A DNA stretch of 64,000 nucleotides from Podarcis vaucheri (GCA_965113315.1 OZ220363.1); one strand, 5' to 3'; positions 1-13,215 are shown, numbered from the stretch's first letter. A program made the numbers and translations. Notes: a model not told the origin generated them from the sequence alone.

Positions 1-188
1 CAATGGGATAAGCACAAAGCTAGCCCACTCATTCCTGCTTTCCTCTCTCTTGTGTTGATTTAACCTTGAAGATGATGAATGCCCGAATAAGGCAACATAT
101 AATATATTGTGTGGAGGTTGGTTCACAAGCGCAATATTCACCCCTTAACAACTGCAGAATCTCATGATGACATGTATGCATGAACGAC

Positions 189-328
189 AAGGTAGGGGTA
201 AAGGGACTCCTGACCATTAGGTCCAGTCGTGGCCGACTCTGGGGTTGCGGTGCTCATCTCGCTTTATTGGCCGAGGGAGCCGGTGTACATCTTCCAGGTC
301 ATGTGGCCAGCATGACTAAGCCACTTCT
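189..328 (-). mobile_element. Sauria SINE, 3' half (5'-truncated)
   Basis: Reverse complement matches the 3' half of the full copy at 32980-33334 (GGTCCAGTCGTGGCCGACTCTGGGGTTGCGGTGCTCATCTCGC...GGTCATGTGGCCAGCATGACTAAGCC), with an AAGGTA-type tail. Confidence 0.92.
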
Positions 329-577
329 AGAACTTCCATACTGTCTCATAGAACTTAAGACAATGCTTTCCAGTTAAGTGGATTTGCAACTGAATGTTAG
401 AGCAATCAAGGAATGACAGATCAAGTAATGCAAAGCATGTGTGAATCAGCCCAGAATCCATTGCAGACTTTTTCTGATAAATAATTCCTAAACAGTACCA
501 TAAACCCTTTCAATGACAAAGCAAGGATTATCAGCTGCAATGTCAGATTTGTTTCATGACCCTATCAATATGTCTTA

Positions 578-662
578 GGCCGCCATCCTAAAGCATACTT
601 GGAGTGAAGCCCAACTGAATATGGGGGACTTACTTCCAAGTAGACACACATCAAATTCTGGT
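578..662. mobile_element. Short palindromic MITE-like repeat (GCAATCCTA...GGACTTACTT...TAGGATTGC family), diverged
   Basis: GCCATCCTAAAGCATACTTGGAGTGAAGCCCAACTGAATATGGGGGACTTACTTCCAAGTAG shares core motifs with the copies at 8352 and 48013. Confidence 0.55.
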
Positions 663-1571
663 CTCAGCTGTTTTAAAGAAATTCACTTGGATAAAATCCT
701 AAGTCAATTAGACTTTTGCTGTTAACTTTGCACAGACTAAATATCAGTCTTGTTTCATATAATGCTTCATTATTCGATATATGAACCACACAGCCTGCTC
801 GCTGTAACCTGAAAGCTGTTTGCTTGATCACATATGTCTTCTCATTTGACCAAAACCAGAATGAAACCCACAAGTAGAAAAATGCAGGGTTGATATTTCA
901 TAGGTCAACATTTCTTCCTCAGTCAGCTTGCCTTTTTTGAGGGGTCAGTGTTCAGGACTCGTTTGTTTTTCCATTCCAGGTTAAGCAAATGTGATTAAAC
1001 ACACACACAAACATACTCACAATTCTTTCAACTGAGAACAAATTCAATGTTTTACACCACAGGTTATTAATATATAAACCTGTGCATTCATACTTCGGGT
1101 GCTTCCAGACAGGTGAGTGCTCCACCTGCATGTCATTTTTGCAGCATCCACACAAGGTTGTTGGAATCAAAATGCTATCCCATATTCCACCCCTAATTTA
1201 ATCTGGATTTACTCTTTTTTTGGGGGGGGGGAATTCCGATAAATTTAAAGGAAATGTTGCCAACAACCCAATTTCAGTATCTGGACAACCTGTCTTCCCA
1301 TCTGGAAGCACCCTTTGAAAATTCTAGTGTCCATGTAAATGTTTTGCTCACACACACACCCCAATTACACAAACACCAATTATAAGAGAGAATGGAAATA
1401 TTCACTACTGTATGTAGATCCATGTTTCAAAATGGGATTTTCATTTGAATTCTACATTCTAAATATGCTGCGCAGTCTGAATTCAAAAGGGCTTACTCTC
1501 AAGGAAATGTTCAGAGGATTGCAGTCTTAATTATTCCATGTTGTGAACAGGGTAAGTAAAGAACATTCATG

Positions 1572-1697
1572 AGAAGGGTATCATCTGGCTGTGGGTTTGT
1601 TGAACTTCAACCCTCATCAGTCAATGTGGACAATAAACCGGGACAATGGGAGTTGTAATCCAACAACATCTGGAGGGCCAAACATTCCCCCATCTCT
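1572..1697. mobile_element. hAT-like non-autonomous fold-back element (AACATCTGGAGGGCC family)
   Basis: GGGAGTTGTAATCCAACAACATCTGGAGGGCCAAACATTCCCCATCTCTG end, shared with at least five other copies in the window. Confidence 0.65.
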
Positions 1698-3637
1698 GCT
1701 TTATGCAGAATGCAGACATACCAATTTAAAAGTACCTCCATCAAATCCTAACTCTCTTATTTAGCTTGAGCACCTGGACTATTTCGCTCATCTAATTATT
1801 ACATTGCTGCTAGGCAGCTGAGGCAGACAATGAGTCCTTACCTCTCAATGAGGCATCAGTATAACTGTGATATAGGCTACCCTCAGCAAAAGGTGGAGCA
1901 GCACAGCATGCAGATCCTGAAGAGGAGTCAGTAGCTGAGTGCTTCCGTACGAGACACAGAAGGGCCCAATTTGAAGTTAATAGTCTGGTTGCAATGTAGC
2001 GTGTGAAGAAAGCAGCAGTGGTTAGGCATGAAGATGCCATGGGGGGCAGGGAGAAAAGGTCTCCACGGCATGTTCCATGCATGGACCAAGTATGATTGCA
2101 CCCATAGTTTTAGGCTATTTATTTCAACCATGTATGTGTGTTGTACACTAAAATCTACGGAAAATCAGCATGTAACCTTTTAATATATATCTATAAATAC
2201 ACTGTGTTTTTTGCAATGGCACTCACTAGTACCCCTTTCTTTTGCTGCCCATAGCAGCCATTTTGTGCTGAAAAACACAGCTGTTTAATCAAAATATGAA
2301 CATCAACACCTAATTTCTATTTATTTTTTTTACAAATAAAGCACATAAAGATTGGGGGGGGGGGGACCTCCTGTAAGGTACAAAGTAGTCATAAAACGTA
2401 TCAGTACTTACAAATACACAAGAAAACCAGCCCAGGCACCCAGAAATCACTGGTAAGTTTCTTTTGAATTCATGAAACTGACCTAAAAGACACAAGAGGA
2501 AGAAAAGTGTAAGCAAAACGGCCATTTTTTGTATTCCTCTAAATTTAAGAGACATTTTGATTCATTTATTGGGGGGGGGGGAATCCTTTCCACCCATTTA
2601 AGATGAACGCTTTACACAGATGTGCTTTTCAGACTGTGAATACCAAGAGAAATACATATTTCATTGTTTTCCATTTCACATAGCAACCTTATCCATTGCT
2701 GGCATCTATAAACTGTCAGAAAGGCAAACATGAGACAAGACTGTAACACACACACACACTTTTTTTAAAAAAAGATAAATTGCTTTTTGTTATGCATGCC
2801 AACATACGTTAATAGAAAACATTTAAATGTGTTTTTTCAATGTTGAATGCAATGCAAATGACCAAAAAGTACAGAAACGCTGCTTTCAGTCTCTATAGGT
2901 TAAAATTCAATAGTGAATGCCTTTGGGACTGAATCCAAGTTCTTTGGTCTATGTATCTTGTGGACTGGGCTGCAAGTTAGTCTAGTACAATGCAGTCAGT
3001 ATTAGGCATTATTCAATTTAAGCCCCCGCCCCCTGCTTCCCTTCCTAAATGCCCGTCAGTACTGACCAGAAAGGTAACAGATGCAACTCCAAGCCACAGG
3101 CTTGCCTTATAACATTCTTTTGCTAGCACAATGAGTCACTTTATACCTCTAAATATCCCTGGTTTCCTCTCTCCAGAACCCCCGTGTGTTAGAAGGTAGT
3201 TCGGCAGGAGTTTATTTTTATTGTTTGGTCTGTATGCAGCTGTTTTAGTTCTCGGGAAAACAAAAGGCACTTTGTTGCAAAGCCCTTATTTTCTTTCCAG
3301 AACATGGGCATGGATACCAGTAACGCTGCCCTGAAAATAGACATGAATACAAAAGCCCTAAGCTTGGATCGAAATCCTGTACTACTCCCACTGAATTGTT
3401 CACAACTGATAATTTTGAAAGATGGAACTGCAAGTAAAAAAATGCATTCGTTTCCAGGAGCCTGGTAAACCTCAAAATTGCAGTTGCAAAGGCTTTGTGC
3501 GCAAAAGCTTTCACAACTTCAAAATTATATTACTTTTGAAAGGCCCTTTTGTGGTCTTTCACCTGTCAATCTGACTCTGAGACACTACACATTGTGGAAA
3601 TGTTTTAAAATACTTTCCCACTTTTTTTATCAGGGGA

Positions 3638-3812
3638 AACATACAAAGCTTCCTTGTATTGAGTCAAACCTTTGGTCCATTTAGTCCAGTATTGTTAGCA
3701 CTGACTGGCAGCAGGGAATCTTTCCTGGCTATACCTGGAGGTGACAGGGAATGAACCAGGGGCTTCCTGTATGCAAAACAAATGCTCTACCACTGAGCTT
3801 TAGCCCTTTCCC
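3638..3812 (-). mobile_element. tRNA-derived SINE (tRNA-Ala-like head)
   Basis: Minus strand reads GGGCTAAAGCTCAGTGGTAGAGCATTTGTTTTGCATACAGGAAGCCCCTGGTTCATTCCC (A box, TGC anticodon region, B box), then a body shared with 46724-46861. Confidence 0.8.
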
Positions 3813-3864
3813 TAGTATTATATTACTGAAACATTGGAAGCAACTTCATCAGATAAGCAGAATA

Positions 3865-4003
3865 TAGCAGTAGGGGAACCTGGGCCTTCGAGCTACTGCT
3901 GAACTACAACTCCCAGAAGCCCCAGAGAGCATTGCCAATGGCCAGGGGTGGAGGGAATTGGGTAGCCAACAACATCTGGAAGGGCCATGATACCCCATCC
4001 CTG
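3865..4003. mobile_element. hAT-like fold-back MITE (AACATCTGGAGGGCC family)
   Basis: TAGCAGTAGGGGAACC...GAACTACAACTCCCAG...AACAACATCTGGAAGGGCCATGATACCCCATCCCTG; degenerate terminal and internal inverted repeats. Confidence 0.7.
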
Positions 4004-4080
4004 TTAGAGTTGCTGAAATCATGAGACTGATTATAAGGCAGCAATTGGCTGATCTGTTACCTCACGTAGAAGCTTTATCT

Positions 4081-4213
4081 CAGAGTTAGAAGGGACCCTG
4101 AGAATTATCTAGTCCAACTCCCTGCAAAGCAGGAATATGCAGCTGTCTCTTACGGGGATTGAACTTGCAACCTTGACATTATCAGCACCATGCTATAACC
4201 AACTGAGCTATCC
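4081..4213 (-). mobile_element. tRNA-Ile-derived SINE with CR1-like 3' tail
   Basis: Minus strand GGATAGCTCAGTTGGTTATAGCATGGTGCTGATAATGTCAAGGTTGCAAGTTCAATCCCCGTA (tRNA-Ile-like), then GTTGGACTAGATAATTCTCAGGGTCCCTTCTAACTCT (CR1 3'-end-like). Confidence 0.85.
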
Positions 4214-5138
4214 ATCTTTTGGGTTCATTTATCTAAGAATCTATGGTATACGTATCATTGAAATACACTCATAAATGGAAACATCAGCCACTAAGGCTTG
4301 CTTAAATGAGAGTTCATGGCGGGTGGCTAATAGAGACCAGACATACCTCACCTGTTCGGTTGGGGCTGGGCAGAATAGTTTGATAGCTAGTGGTTGGGAG
4401 TTTTTGCAGCTGGCCTGCAAATAACTATCTTGGGGAGGGGATGTACCATAAATTTTTTGCATGTTTTTAAGCAACCTGATACTGCTCTGAAACCTAAAGC
4501 CATTCCGACCTGGCTGCTTCCCTGCTTCCACATATACAGTCCCCATGCGTTAAAAAAAATATACAAACATGCCATAAGTTTCTGTAATTTCTTCACGTTA
4601 ACTAAATCTTAAAAATAGGGATGGAAAACCACTTTGCAACCTGAGGGCCAGTGGGGTTTTTTCCAGCTGTATGCAACATTATGCAGTATTGCCATCTTTT
4701 GGGAACAAAGGAGGAAGGAGAGATCTCGGAGCATCACACCTCCTTCCCTAAGCTGGGCAAACGCTTCCTGGGCTTGGGGAAGGAGCTGCAAGCCTGTGTC
4801 ACAGCAGGATGTTGGATGGTATGACCCTGTGGTGTAAATAGGCATGCATAGTCAGGTACTGAGAGTACAGGAAAAGGAATGGCGTTGCAGCATTTAATTA
4901 CCATGCATCCTGTAATGTATCTGCCAGTTTGAAACTTTAGAAGTCATTTCTAAATAAGCAGGTATCATGTGCCCCTCCATACCTGTATCCTAACTTACCC
5001 CAAAATATACAATTATCCAGCATGTGAAGATTTCCCCCTTTCTTAAAGTGAACTATTGACTGCACTCAAATTGCAGGAGCAACCAACGCAGTGGGATGGT
5101 GCCATGGAGGATACTGAATTGTTCCCACTTGAATGGAT

Positions 5139-5263
5139 GGGGTATAGGCAGAGGAGAGTGGTGGCAAGGTTGAGCCTGAATGGGCACACCAGCAGGAGTG
5201 CCAAATTGGGCCCCACTGGTGTGTCCACACAACTCTGAACGCCCCACTCTCCTGCACCTGCCC
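5139..5263. mobile_element. Degenerate fold-back (MITE-like) element
   Basis: Nested imperfect inverted repeats: AGGAGAGTGG/CCACTCTCCT and CACACCAG/CTGGTGTG. Confidence 0.4.
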
Positions 5264-6949
5264 TGGTAATCAGCAGCAATGTGGGTTTCTGGAGTGTGCT
5301 TCTGCTGTAACACCACACTGGTTGCTCTAACTGAAATATAATCCCAAACAATAGCTTGGCACTGTTTGAATGAGCTGTGGTGAGCTATTCCCTCCTCCTG
5401 CTTTTCCTTCACTCTTCACAATCAAATGTGACAAACTGTGGTCTGAGCATAACATAGCATAGTACGTTTGCATGCAGCAGCAAACTGTGGCTTGTCAAGA
5501 AACTCAAAGTGCTTTAGGAAACTGCAGTAGGAGTAGGGGGAAGAATCATGTCACCCTGACATTTGCCATTGCTTTCTTACATTTGAATGCAGCGGCTTCG
5601 TACTTCAGCACCCTCATACATTTCAGCCAAGTCCCCACCATACAAAACTTCTACTTCTTGGTGCATAATCTCTGCTACAGTAAGAATTGGCATTCCAGCC
5701 TCCCCTCCAATCCTGCTTTTAGAGCTACATGTGACACAAATTCAACAAATGTAGCTTTTCTGGGAACTGATATAAGTAAAGAGTCAAGGTATTACCTTCT
5801 TAATTTCTGAGCTGCTATTAAAGGCACGGGAGCAAGCCCCTCCCAAAAGAGGTAGCAACCCTAGCTATAACCCAATGTAGAATCAACAAATCTCATTTGC
5901 TATTATCAATGTGATGCTATTATATATGTCTGCAACCAGCTCTGAATCTCATTATCAGATGATTTATGCCATTACTGTGCTTTGGAGACACCAATTAAAC
6001 AAGGACAGCAGTTCGTAAGGTCACAGCTAATTAATCCGAAAAAGTATAAATACACTTTAATGCACAGCACCTCATGTAGTGAATTTAGGAACAAAGCATC
6101 AACACTATATAATGGGTTACACAATTAAGCATGAAGGTTAAATACACAGAGAGAGAGAGACTCAACACAGTCTCTATGCTCTGCTAAATGTATTTTTATT
6201 ATAGACTTCCTCTTTCTTTCTTTTTTAAGAGGAGGAGAACTACAGGCCAGCAAAAGAACAGCACTGGAAAGATTTGCATCTGAAAGTCTTGATGCTTAGG
6301 GCAAAAATATGCCTAAGTGAGAAGACAGAAAAGGACTAACCATGTCCAGTGATCCTGAGCTAATTAAGGCCTCCCGTTGTTCAGATAACACCTCAGAACT
6401 GGGAATCAGCTGCAGGCTGCACTATTATAAAGGCCGTCAGGCAGGGGGTGGGGACCAAAAGGTAAAGCTCAGTCTACTCAACTCAGTTTCATTTGAGCAA
6501 GGCCACTGTTTTAGAGACCCACTTCTTTGACAAATATTTGCCAAACCAGGCTTTCATATACATATACCTTACATTCCCCTCTTCGGCACTCTGTTCTGAT
6601 ACTCCTCCCCCCACTGGCATGTCCCCAACTTGTCCATATAACAAGTGATCTTGCAGTAGTGTGAGGCAAATGGTTTTTCCTTTGCAGCATGGCAAGCAGG
6701 GCTACCAAATTAAATCCAAGCCAAATGAGGCTTGATGTCACTGCTTGTCAACTGCTAGGTGATGGTGCCAATCCTGCTTTCTGCAGGAATCAACTGTGCA
6801 ACCAAGTTCCCCACGGCTGCCGTGCTCTCACCACAGATCAGCTTATTCATAGTGACAATGAGCCTCCCTTGGAAATGTACAATCAGGAGCACATTTTAAG
6901 GCTCCCAGTTGTGCACTGGCAAACATGTCTCTACCTGTCCCACACCTGA

Positions 6950-7268
6950 CATCACATGTGCAGAAAATGTTTATCTAAGAAAAATCTGCACAAAAATTAG
7001 TAATCAAATGTGTATTTTTCAACATGTGCTCTTACGAAATATGCATTTTTCAACATATTTTCTCTCAAGATGTGCATTTTTTATTTTAAAAGATATTCAT
7101 TTTGAAATGTATTTTGATGCTTTCTCGGCCAAATACTGCACCACAAATGTCAGAAATGTGCAAAATTGGAATGATAACAATTTTTTTATCCACACATTTA
7201 GCTTGAGATGAGTGCATTTGGTCAGTTCGTATTAGAATACAGAAATATCAAATTCCTCAAGCATTGCT
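6950..7268. mobile_element. Old non-autonomous DNA-transposon remnant with internal ATGCATTTT-type repeats
   Basis: Repeated AT(A/G)TG(C/T)ATTTTT units at ~7008-7115, typical of a common lizard non-autonomous element; ends degenerate. Confidence 0.45.
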
Positions 7269-8351
7269 GATATTAAAAAATAAATAAATGCAAAAGGTGG
7301 TGATCTGTCACTTTGGCTCCTCTTCCTGATTGTCTCATGCTAAAGTATACATCTCATTAAGCAGAAAGAAACCGATTAGCTTCAGAAGAACACTTCCTAA
7401 TCATTTCCCTCACCTCTTCCCCTTCAAAATCAGGGCCTCTTTCATTCCTCTGTTTCCTTTTTCTTAAATATAATGCATTTGTGATTCTATTGGGCTGTTT
7501 TTCTTCCTGGGACTACAACTATGATCCAGTCTCAAGATTCTCACTCCCCCTCCTCTCTTTTTCAGCACATTTCAAAGGTTTCAGAGTGCACATTTGTACA
7601 AATCCATTGTTAATCAAGGGATTTTTTTAAAACACTGTGTCCCACAATGCTGGCAGTCTTATACCAACAATATGCATTTGACTCTCATGCCTGGTAATTT
7701 CCCAAGTTGCCAACCTTATGGAGTTATCAAAGGACTCCACCTTTGAGGGCATTTTTGTAACAAGTGGTTCTCAAAAACACAAAATTCAGATAAGGAGTTC
7801 CACAAAGCACTCCCTCCCCAAGACCCTGCCAAACAACATCCTCTGCCAATTTTACTAGCAGTTTACTTCTCTAAATATTTTATTATGCTGTTCACTAGAG
7901 AAACTAATATGGACCATTATTGGCTTGCTATTTACAGTGTTATTTGCATTACACGGGCTGCTGTAAAACTACAGCAGCTGCTTGTGGTCTCAGTTTAAAT
8001 GCACAAACCATTTTCAAAGCTTGCATTATGTACACACCCTATTAAGTAAATCCTACCTCTGCCCGCCTGCCAAGGTTTCATTACAGACATCACTCAAAGC
8101 CAGAGTCTTTTTTCTGTGTATTAGCTCAAGTGCTGGGAATATGCTTACGAGCATGTACAGAGTGCCAGTATCCTTAAAGTCTTGCAAATTAGAAAACCTG
8201 ATTTTTTTTTTAATGCTTGAACCGCTGTATCTCAAGGCACTGCTGCTATACCCACAGAGTACTCTAGATTGTGCCACCTTAAGCTGAAATATACCAAACT
8301 TTTGTTATTGTTGCTTAACAAACAGCAGTGTCATACTAATATTTGTTTTAC

Positions 8352-8442
8352 CCTGCAGCCCTAACCATGTCCACTTGTAAGTAATTCCTGTTGAATTCAA
8401 TGGCGCTTACTTCCAGGAAAGTCGATTTAGGATTGCAGCCTT
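8352..8442. mobile_element. Short palindromic MITE-like repeat
   Basis: CTGCAGCCCTAA...GTAAGTAATTCCTGTTGAATTCAATGGCGCTTACTT...TTAGGATTGCAG: fold-back around a central TTGAATTCAA. Confidence 0.7.
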
Positions 8443-8473
8443 GATCCAAGATCCAAGATCAAAAACCACAATA

Positions 8474-8713
8474 CAGTGGTACCTTGGGTTACATACCCTT
8501 CAGGTTACATACGCTTCAGGTTACAGACTCTGCTAACCCAGAAATAGTATCTCAGGTTAAGAATGTGGTTCAGGATGAGAACACAAATCATGCTCCGGCA
8601 GCGCACAGCAGTGGGAGGCCCCATTAGCTAAAGTGGTACCTCAGTTTAAGAACAGTTTCAGATTAAGAACGGACCTCCAGAACAAATTAAGTTCTTAACC
8701 TGAGGTACCACTG
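8474..8713 (+). mobile_element. Tc1/mariner-superfamily MITE (TIR CAGTGGTACCT, TA target duplication)
   Basis: TA|CAGTGGTACCTTGGGTT...AACCTGAGGTACCACTG|TA; 240 bp; subterminal 16-bp GGTTACATACGCTTCA repeats. Orientation label is arbitrary. Confidence 0.92.
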
Positions 8714-9003
8714 TAAATTACACTCTCCTCTGCAGGCCCAATCAATTCCCAAACATTTATCATGGGTACAGAGAAGTACCAGTAGAATTAAACCTTTCTT
8801 GGCATTTTACTGGTTTTCCCAACACCTATCCTAGAAATAAAATTTGTCTAGCTGTATTATTCTAAAAAAGAGAGAGAAAAGATAAAAGCTGCTAGCGGCT
8901 GCAAGCAAAGTAGTTTTACATCCATAAGATACCCAAAGGCTACATATGAGTTTGCAGCCCCATTGCACTAAAAATGTTAACAAGCTTATCAAATGACAGT
9001 GAG

Positions 9004-9295
9004 TTTTTATTATTTATTTATTTATTTGAATTTCTATCCCGCTCTTCCAAAAGGAGCCTAGTGTAGCAAACAGGAAAACAATACAATTAAGGGCATGCAT
9101 TAAAGAAAACTGCCTCAGAGCTAATGATTTTAAGGCTGCAAAAATGAAAAATATTTCAGCTGTCAAATGCCCAGGTGATCAGCAATGTTTAAAAAGCCCA
9201 CCTGAATGTTAACTATGTGGAAGACTGATGCACCTTATTTTGCACTGAGCATTTTTGTAAATGATGGCCCAATACTGAGAAGGTTCTGTCACCAG
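9004..9295 (-). mobile_element. L2-like LINE 3' end
   Basis: (TTTA)n tail followed by TTTCTATCCCGCTCTTCC...GGAGCCTAG and decayed ORF2 C-terminal sequence (ACTGAGAAGG). Confidence 0.6.
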
Positions 9296-10217
9296 CTGGA
9301 CAGCACCCAGCTTCATTTCCAAGTGCCCAATTTAGCAATAAAACACAGATAATTTCATTGGTGACAGCAGTTATACAGATCAATTAAAAATGTGTAAAGG
9401 CATTCTAACCCAGCAAGGATTAGCAGTTCACAAAGATAAATTTCCATTTTTAATTGCACTTTTGGATCCAGTCCGTTACATGCTGTGAGGAGGAAAGAAT
9501 CAGCATTCAGCCCTCGGCATACGTATTAGGCACTGCTGAACAGTATGTGCACATAAGTGTGCACGCACACACATACATACAAACAGACGATTGTGGTAAT
9601 GAACAGATCCAGAATGTTTTTCCTGCCTTCCCTCTTTCTACGCTTCACTTCCTCTCTCTAAACATGTAATCACCACTATTAGTTCTGATCATCTGTTCAG
9701 TGGAGAGAGATCTCAACATGCAAGGCACATGAAACTCTAGTATTCAGATTTGTACATTTCAACAAATTCTCCCACTATGTAACATAATAATGCTCAGCTT
9801 AAGCTTGTTAAAGGATCATTCTATGCAAAACTATCATTCTATGTAAAAGGCAGATTTCTTTCTCCCAGTGATTGTTATATTAAGCACAGATATAAGTGGC
9901 AGCTTAATCGTGAAGACTATAACATCCCATTCAACCCTGTAATTGAACATGCAGTCAAGCCTTTTTAATGAACTCCATATTGAAGTAAACTAAAATTCAA
10001 TTATATAACAGAAAAGAATCATATTGATTCACTACAGTCTACTTCATATCAACTTTATCTACCATTATTAAAAGGATATATATTACATTTTATTTTAGAG
10101 GTTAGATATTAAATAAAATTGCTGGGATATTCACTGCAAATGTACTGTATTTTTAGAAGTTAGATGGTATGCTGTGCAATACTGTGCATTCTTGCTCAGC
10201 AGTAATCCACTGGAATA

Positions 10218-10400
10218 CAGTGGTACCTTGGTTCTCAAACTTAATCCATTCCAGGAGTCCATTTAACTCCTGAAACCATTTGAAAACCAAGGCACAGCTT
10301 CCGATTAGCTGCAGGAGCTTCCTGCACTCAAGTGGAAGCCACATTGGATGTTTGGCTTCCAAAAAACGTTCGCAAACCGGAACACTTACTTCCAGTTTGC
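10218..10400 (+). mobile_element. Related Tc1/mariner MITE, truncated (one TIR)
   Basis: TA|CAGTGGTACCTTGGTTCTCAAACTTAATCC..., same TIR but different interior from the 8474 family; no right TIR found. Confidence 0.75.
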
Positions 10401-12890
10401 TTAGTGAAAGCACTAAAAGATGAACCTATTTGCCTCCAAGAAGAATTCAACGTTCCACAGTTATTCAGCAAGTACAGACAACTACAGGTCAACTGTATCC
10501 AAGTTGTAGGCAACTTCCTACAAACAATAGGATTTTCAAAATAGGTGGGCATGGTCTTCTTCTTTTCCTACTACTCTGCACTTTCTTAGCTTTGAAAATC
10601 AAATGGTGAATACAATCCACCAGTCAAATGAAATCTTAAATGGTGGTTACAGTTGTAGCTGCTTGCATAGAGCTGTCAATTTACCAAACACTTGGGAGAC
10701 ATTTCCCCCATGGTATGAGTATCATCTCTTCTTGTGTCACCTAAGGACATCTTGACATTTCTCCAGGATTCTCCAAGAGCCAATATCTTGAAAAAGGTCT
10801 GACAGATGTCAGTGATTGTAAACTGCTTGGCCAGTGAGCAGCCCAGGAGAAGTTTGTTGCACCCTCACATAAAGACCTTTCTGAATGAGTAATCCCTAAT
10901 CTCTGATGCCCGCAACTGGAATTGTGGGAGAGAGCACAAGAAGCATGGGGAGATGTTTGTAATTATATATAAAATTTTACTCTGTACAAAAAAAAATGTA
11001 TTGTACAATTTCAAGTTTGTACTTCAAGCATTTTAGAATTATGCCTTTAGTGTGAAACTACTGCAGTAGCTACCCTTGCGAAAAACAAAAAGCAGCACAA
11101 ACCAATGCTGGACTCAGGATCACCTATCAGCGCTGCTTCAGATGAATGTCAGACAATCAAACGAAGAACTGGCTTGGCTTCACAATGTCCCCAGTTGACT
11201 CTGGTGTTTTTTTACTTCTTCATACAAGTCTATTTTTAAAGATGATCCAAAAAGGACGGTGCCATTTTCTCTCACAGTAGCCAAGTGTCAGTACTAGGTA
11301 TTCTGACGAGTACTTCTTAGTACTGAGATTGTAAATACATTCTAAAGAAGCTAGGCTCTGAACTCCCAACAATTGCTGCCATACTGGATTACAACCACCT
11401 TACTAAATGCCAGAAAGAGAGATTTAAAATCACGGAAGTCTGAGTGATCTATCATGCTTTGGTCTTTGGATATTACAGCTACCTCATTCCTATTATGTTA
11501 ATCATGTTTACTCAGTAGGACGTCCCACTGAGTTCACTCCTAGGTAACTGTGCAGTGTTAAGAATCTAGACCCCACTTCTTGTGCAAAGGTTAAGATGAC
11601 AAGACTGTTTATTTTCTCTTGGGTTTTCTGAAGAATACTCATAATTCACAAAGATCACATGAGGACTCTGTCATAAATATATGCACACATTATTTGTATG
11701 ATAAGGGTGAGCGAAAGCAGTACACCAGAATTGGTCTTCTGTTCTTAAATGGTGCAACTGCTCTTTAAAAAAAATAACAACAGTTTTGAGACTCAGAACC
11801 TTTCAAGGAAGGAACACACTCTCTCTTCTGAAAGCCTGCACAAAAAGTTCTGGTGACTCATTTATGAGGAAATTGCACTCTGCACATGCTCAAATGTTAT
11901 TTTGTTTATGGTTCATATATTACAACCTGGGCCCTAGCAAAGAAAACAATTGCCACAATGTTGCTCAGAATCTACAGCGCACAACACTGCAGCACAATAT
12001 CATGTTGGCACAAGCACAGCTTCAGTCTCTATCATGTCCAGGGGACTGAATTTAATGAAGGTCCCTTTCACTCCTACCATTCTGTGTGGATGGCATTGGT
12101 TGCCACCAGTTGGGTACTTGTAATGAGGACTGATCACTTCATACTCTGTGTGTCTTTCCAGCTCTAATTGATGGCCAGTCTGAAGTTGGACTGCCTATCC
12201 TGCTGGTGGAAGAGATGTTGTGCTGCTGTGAGTTGATGGCAGATAATATCCATAAAGGAAATGTACACAATGTATCTTTGCTACCATGTGACGGTATGTT
12301 GTGATGTGCTCTTCAGCATACATGTACAGAATACATGGGAGGAGCATGTGTCAGCATTTAACCACAAAGAAAGAGCTTTGTACTTTAAATCTCTCTGCAA
12401 AGACTGGTCATGAGTTCAAATGCATGTTTTGGTTCTGTCTTGTAGATTATTGGAAAGCAGCAAGTTAAAGTTAAAGATTCTTTGCATGAACTTTTTGTTA
12501 CATATGGGTACCCTGGGATGCAACCACCCCCTACCCCCTACAACAGACAAACAAAGATGCAAGGCTGATAACAAGAGGGATGGCTACCGCGATATGTTAC
12601 AAGTTTCTTTTCTCTTTTTATCCCAGAATGTTAACACAACATCCCATTTTAAAACACAAAGAAGAGCTGTAGTATAAATCATTTCACATAATTTAACCAA
12701 TTATCCACAATAACTTAATGATCCTCATTATTAAGTAAGGTTAACGTCAACAACTAATTTTATTTTAAGTGCTAATTTTATTTTAAGGTAGAACTCTCCT
12801 TTATTTTAAAAAACGTGTTGTTCTGTACACCTGGTATTGTAGGATGCTTTAGTTCATTTTGAACTTAATGAAATACCAAATAGCAGAAAA

Positions 12891-12936
12891 CAGAATTGCA
12901 GAATTGGACTGGGACCCCAAGGGTCATCTAGTCCAG
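12891..12936 (-). mobile_element. CR1-like 3'-end fragment
   Basis: CAGAATTGCAGAATTGGACTGGGACCCCAAGGGTCATCTAGTCCA is the reverse of the tail shared by the tRNA-Ile SINEs. Confidence 0.6.
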
Positions 12937-13104
12937 TAATAAATAGTCTCACTAAATGACTAGAGTACAAATTACTCTAAAGTTTACAATTGAAAGTGAA
13001 GGATTCTGTTTGCAGATTTGTTTTGAATTTTTTCTTTTAACTAGGCATGCCTTACTCCCTAAAGGAGTAAGCATACATATTCTCACTCATCTGGAGCAAC
13101 AGGA

Positions 13105-13215
13105 ACCACCTTATCCCTATTTGCTTTAACTGTTTTTAATTTCTGAATTTTGAATTGCAAACCCACTCTGGGACTTGTTGGTCAAAAGCAGGCAATAAGT
13201 TTAATATAATAATAA
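13105..13215 (+). mobile_element. L2-like LINE/SINE 3' tail
   Basis: T-rich stretch, then TTGCAAACCCACTCTGGGAC...AAAAGCAGGCAATAAG and an AAT-repeat tail. Confidence 0.45.

Noticed and set aside
4140-4213. tRNA genes (Ile-like here and at 14943; Ala-like at ~3750 and ~46800)
   Set aside because: Mutated stems fused to SINE bodies and LINE-derived tails; these are SINE heads.
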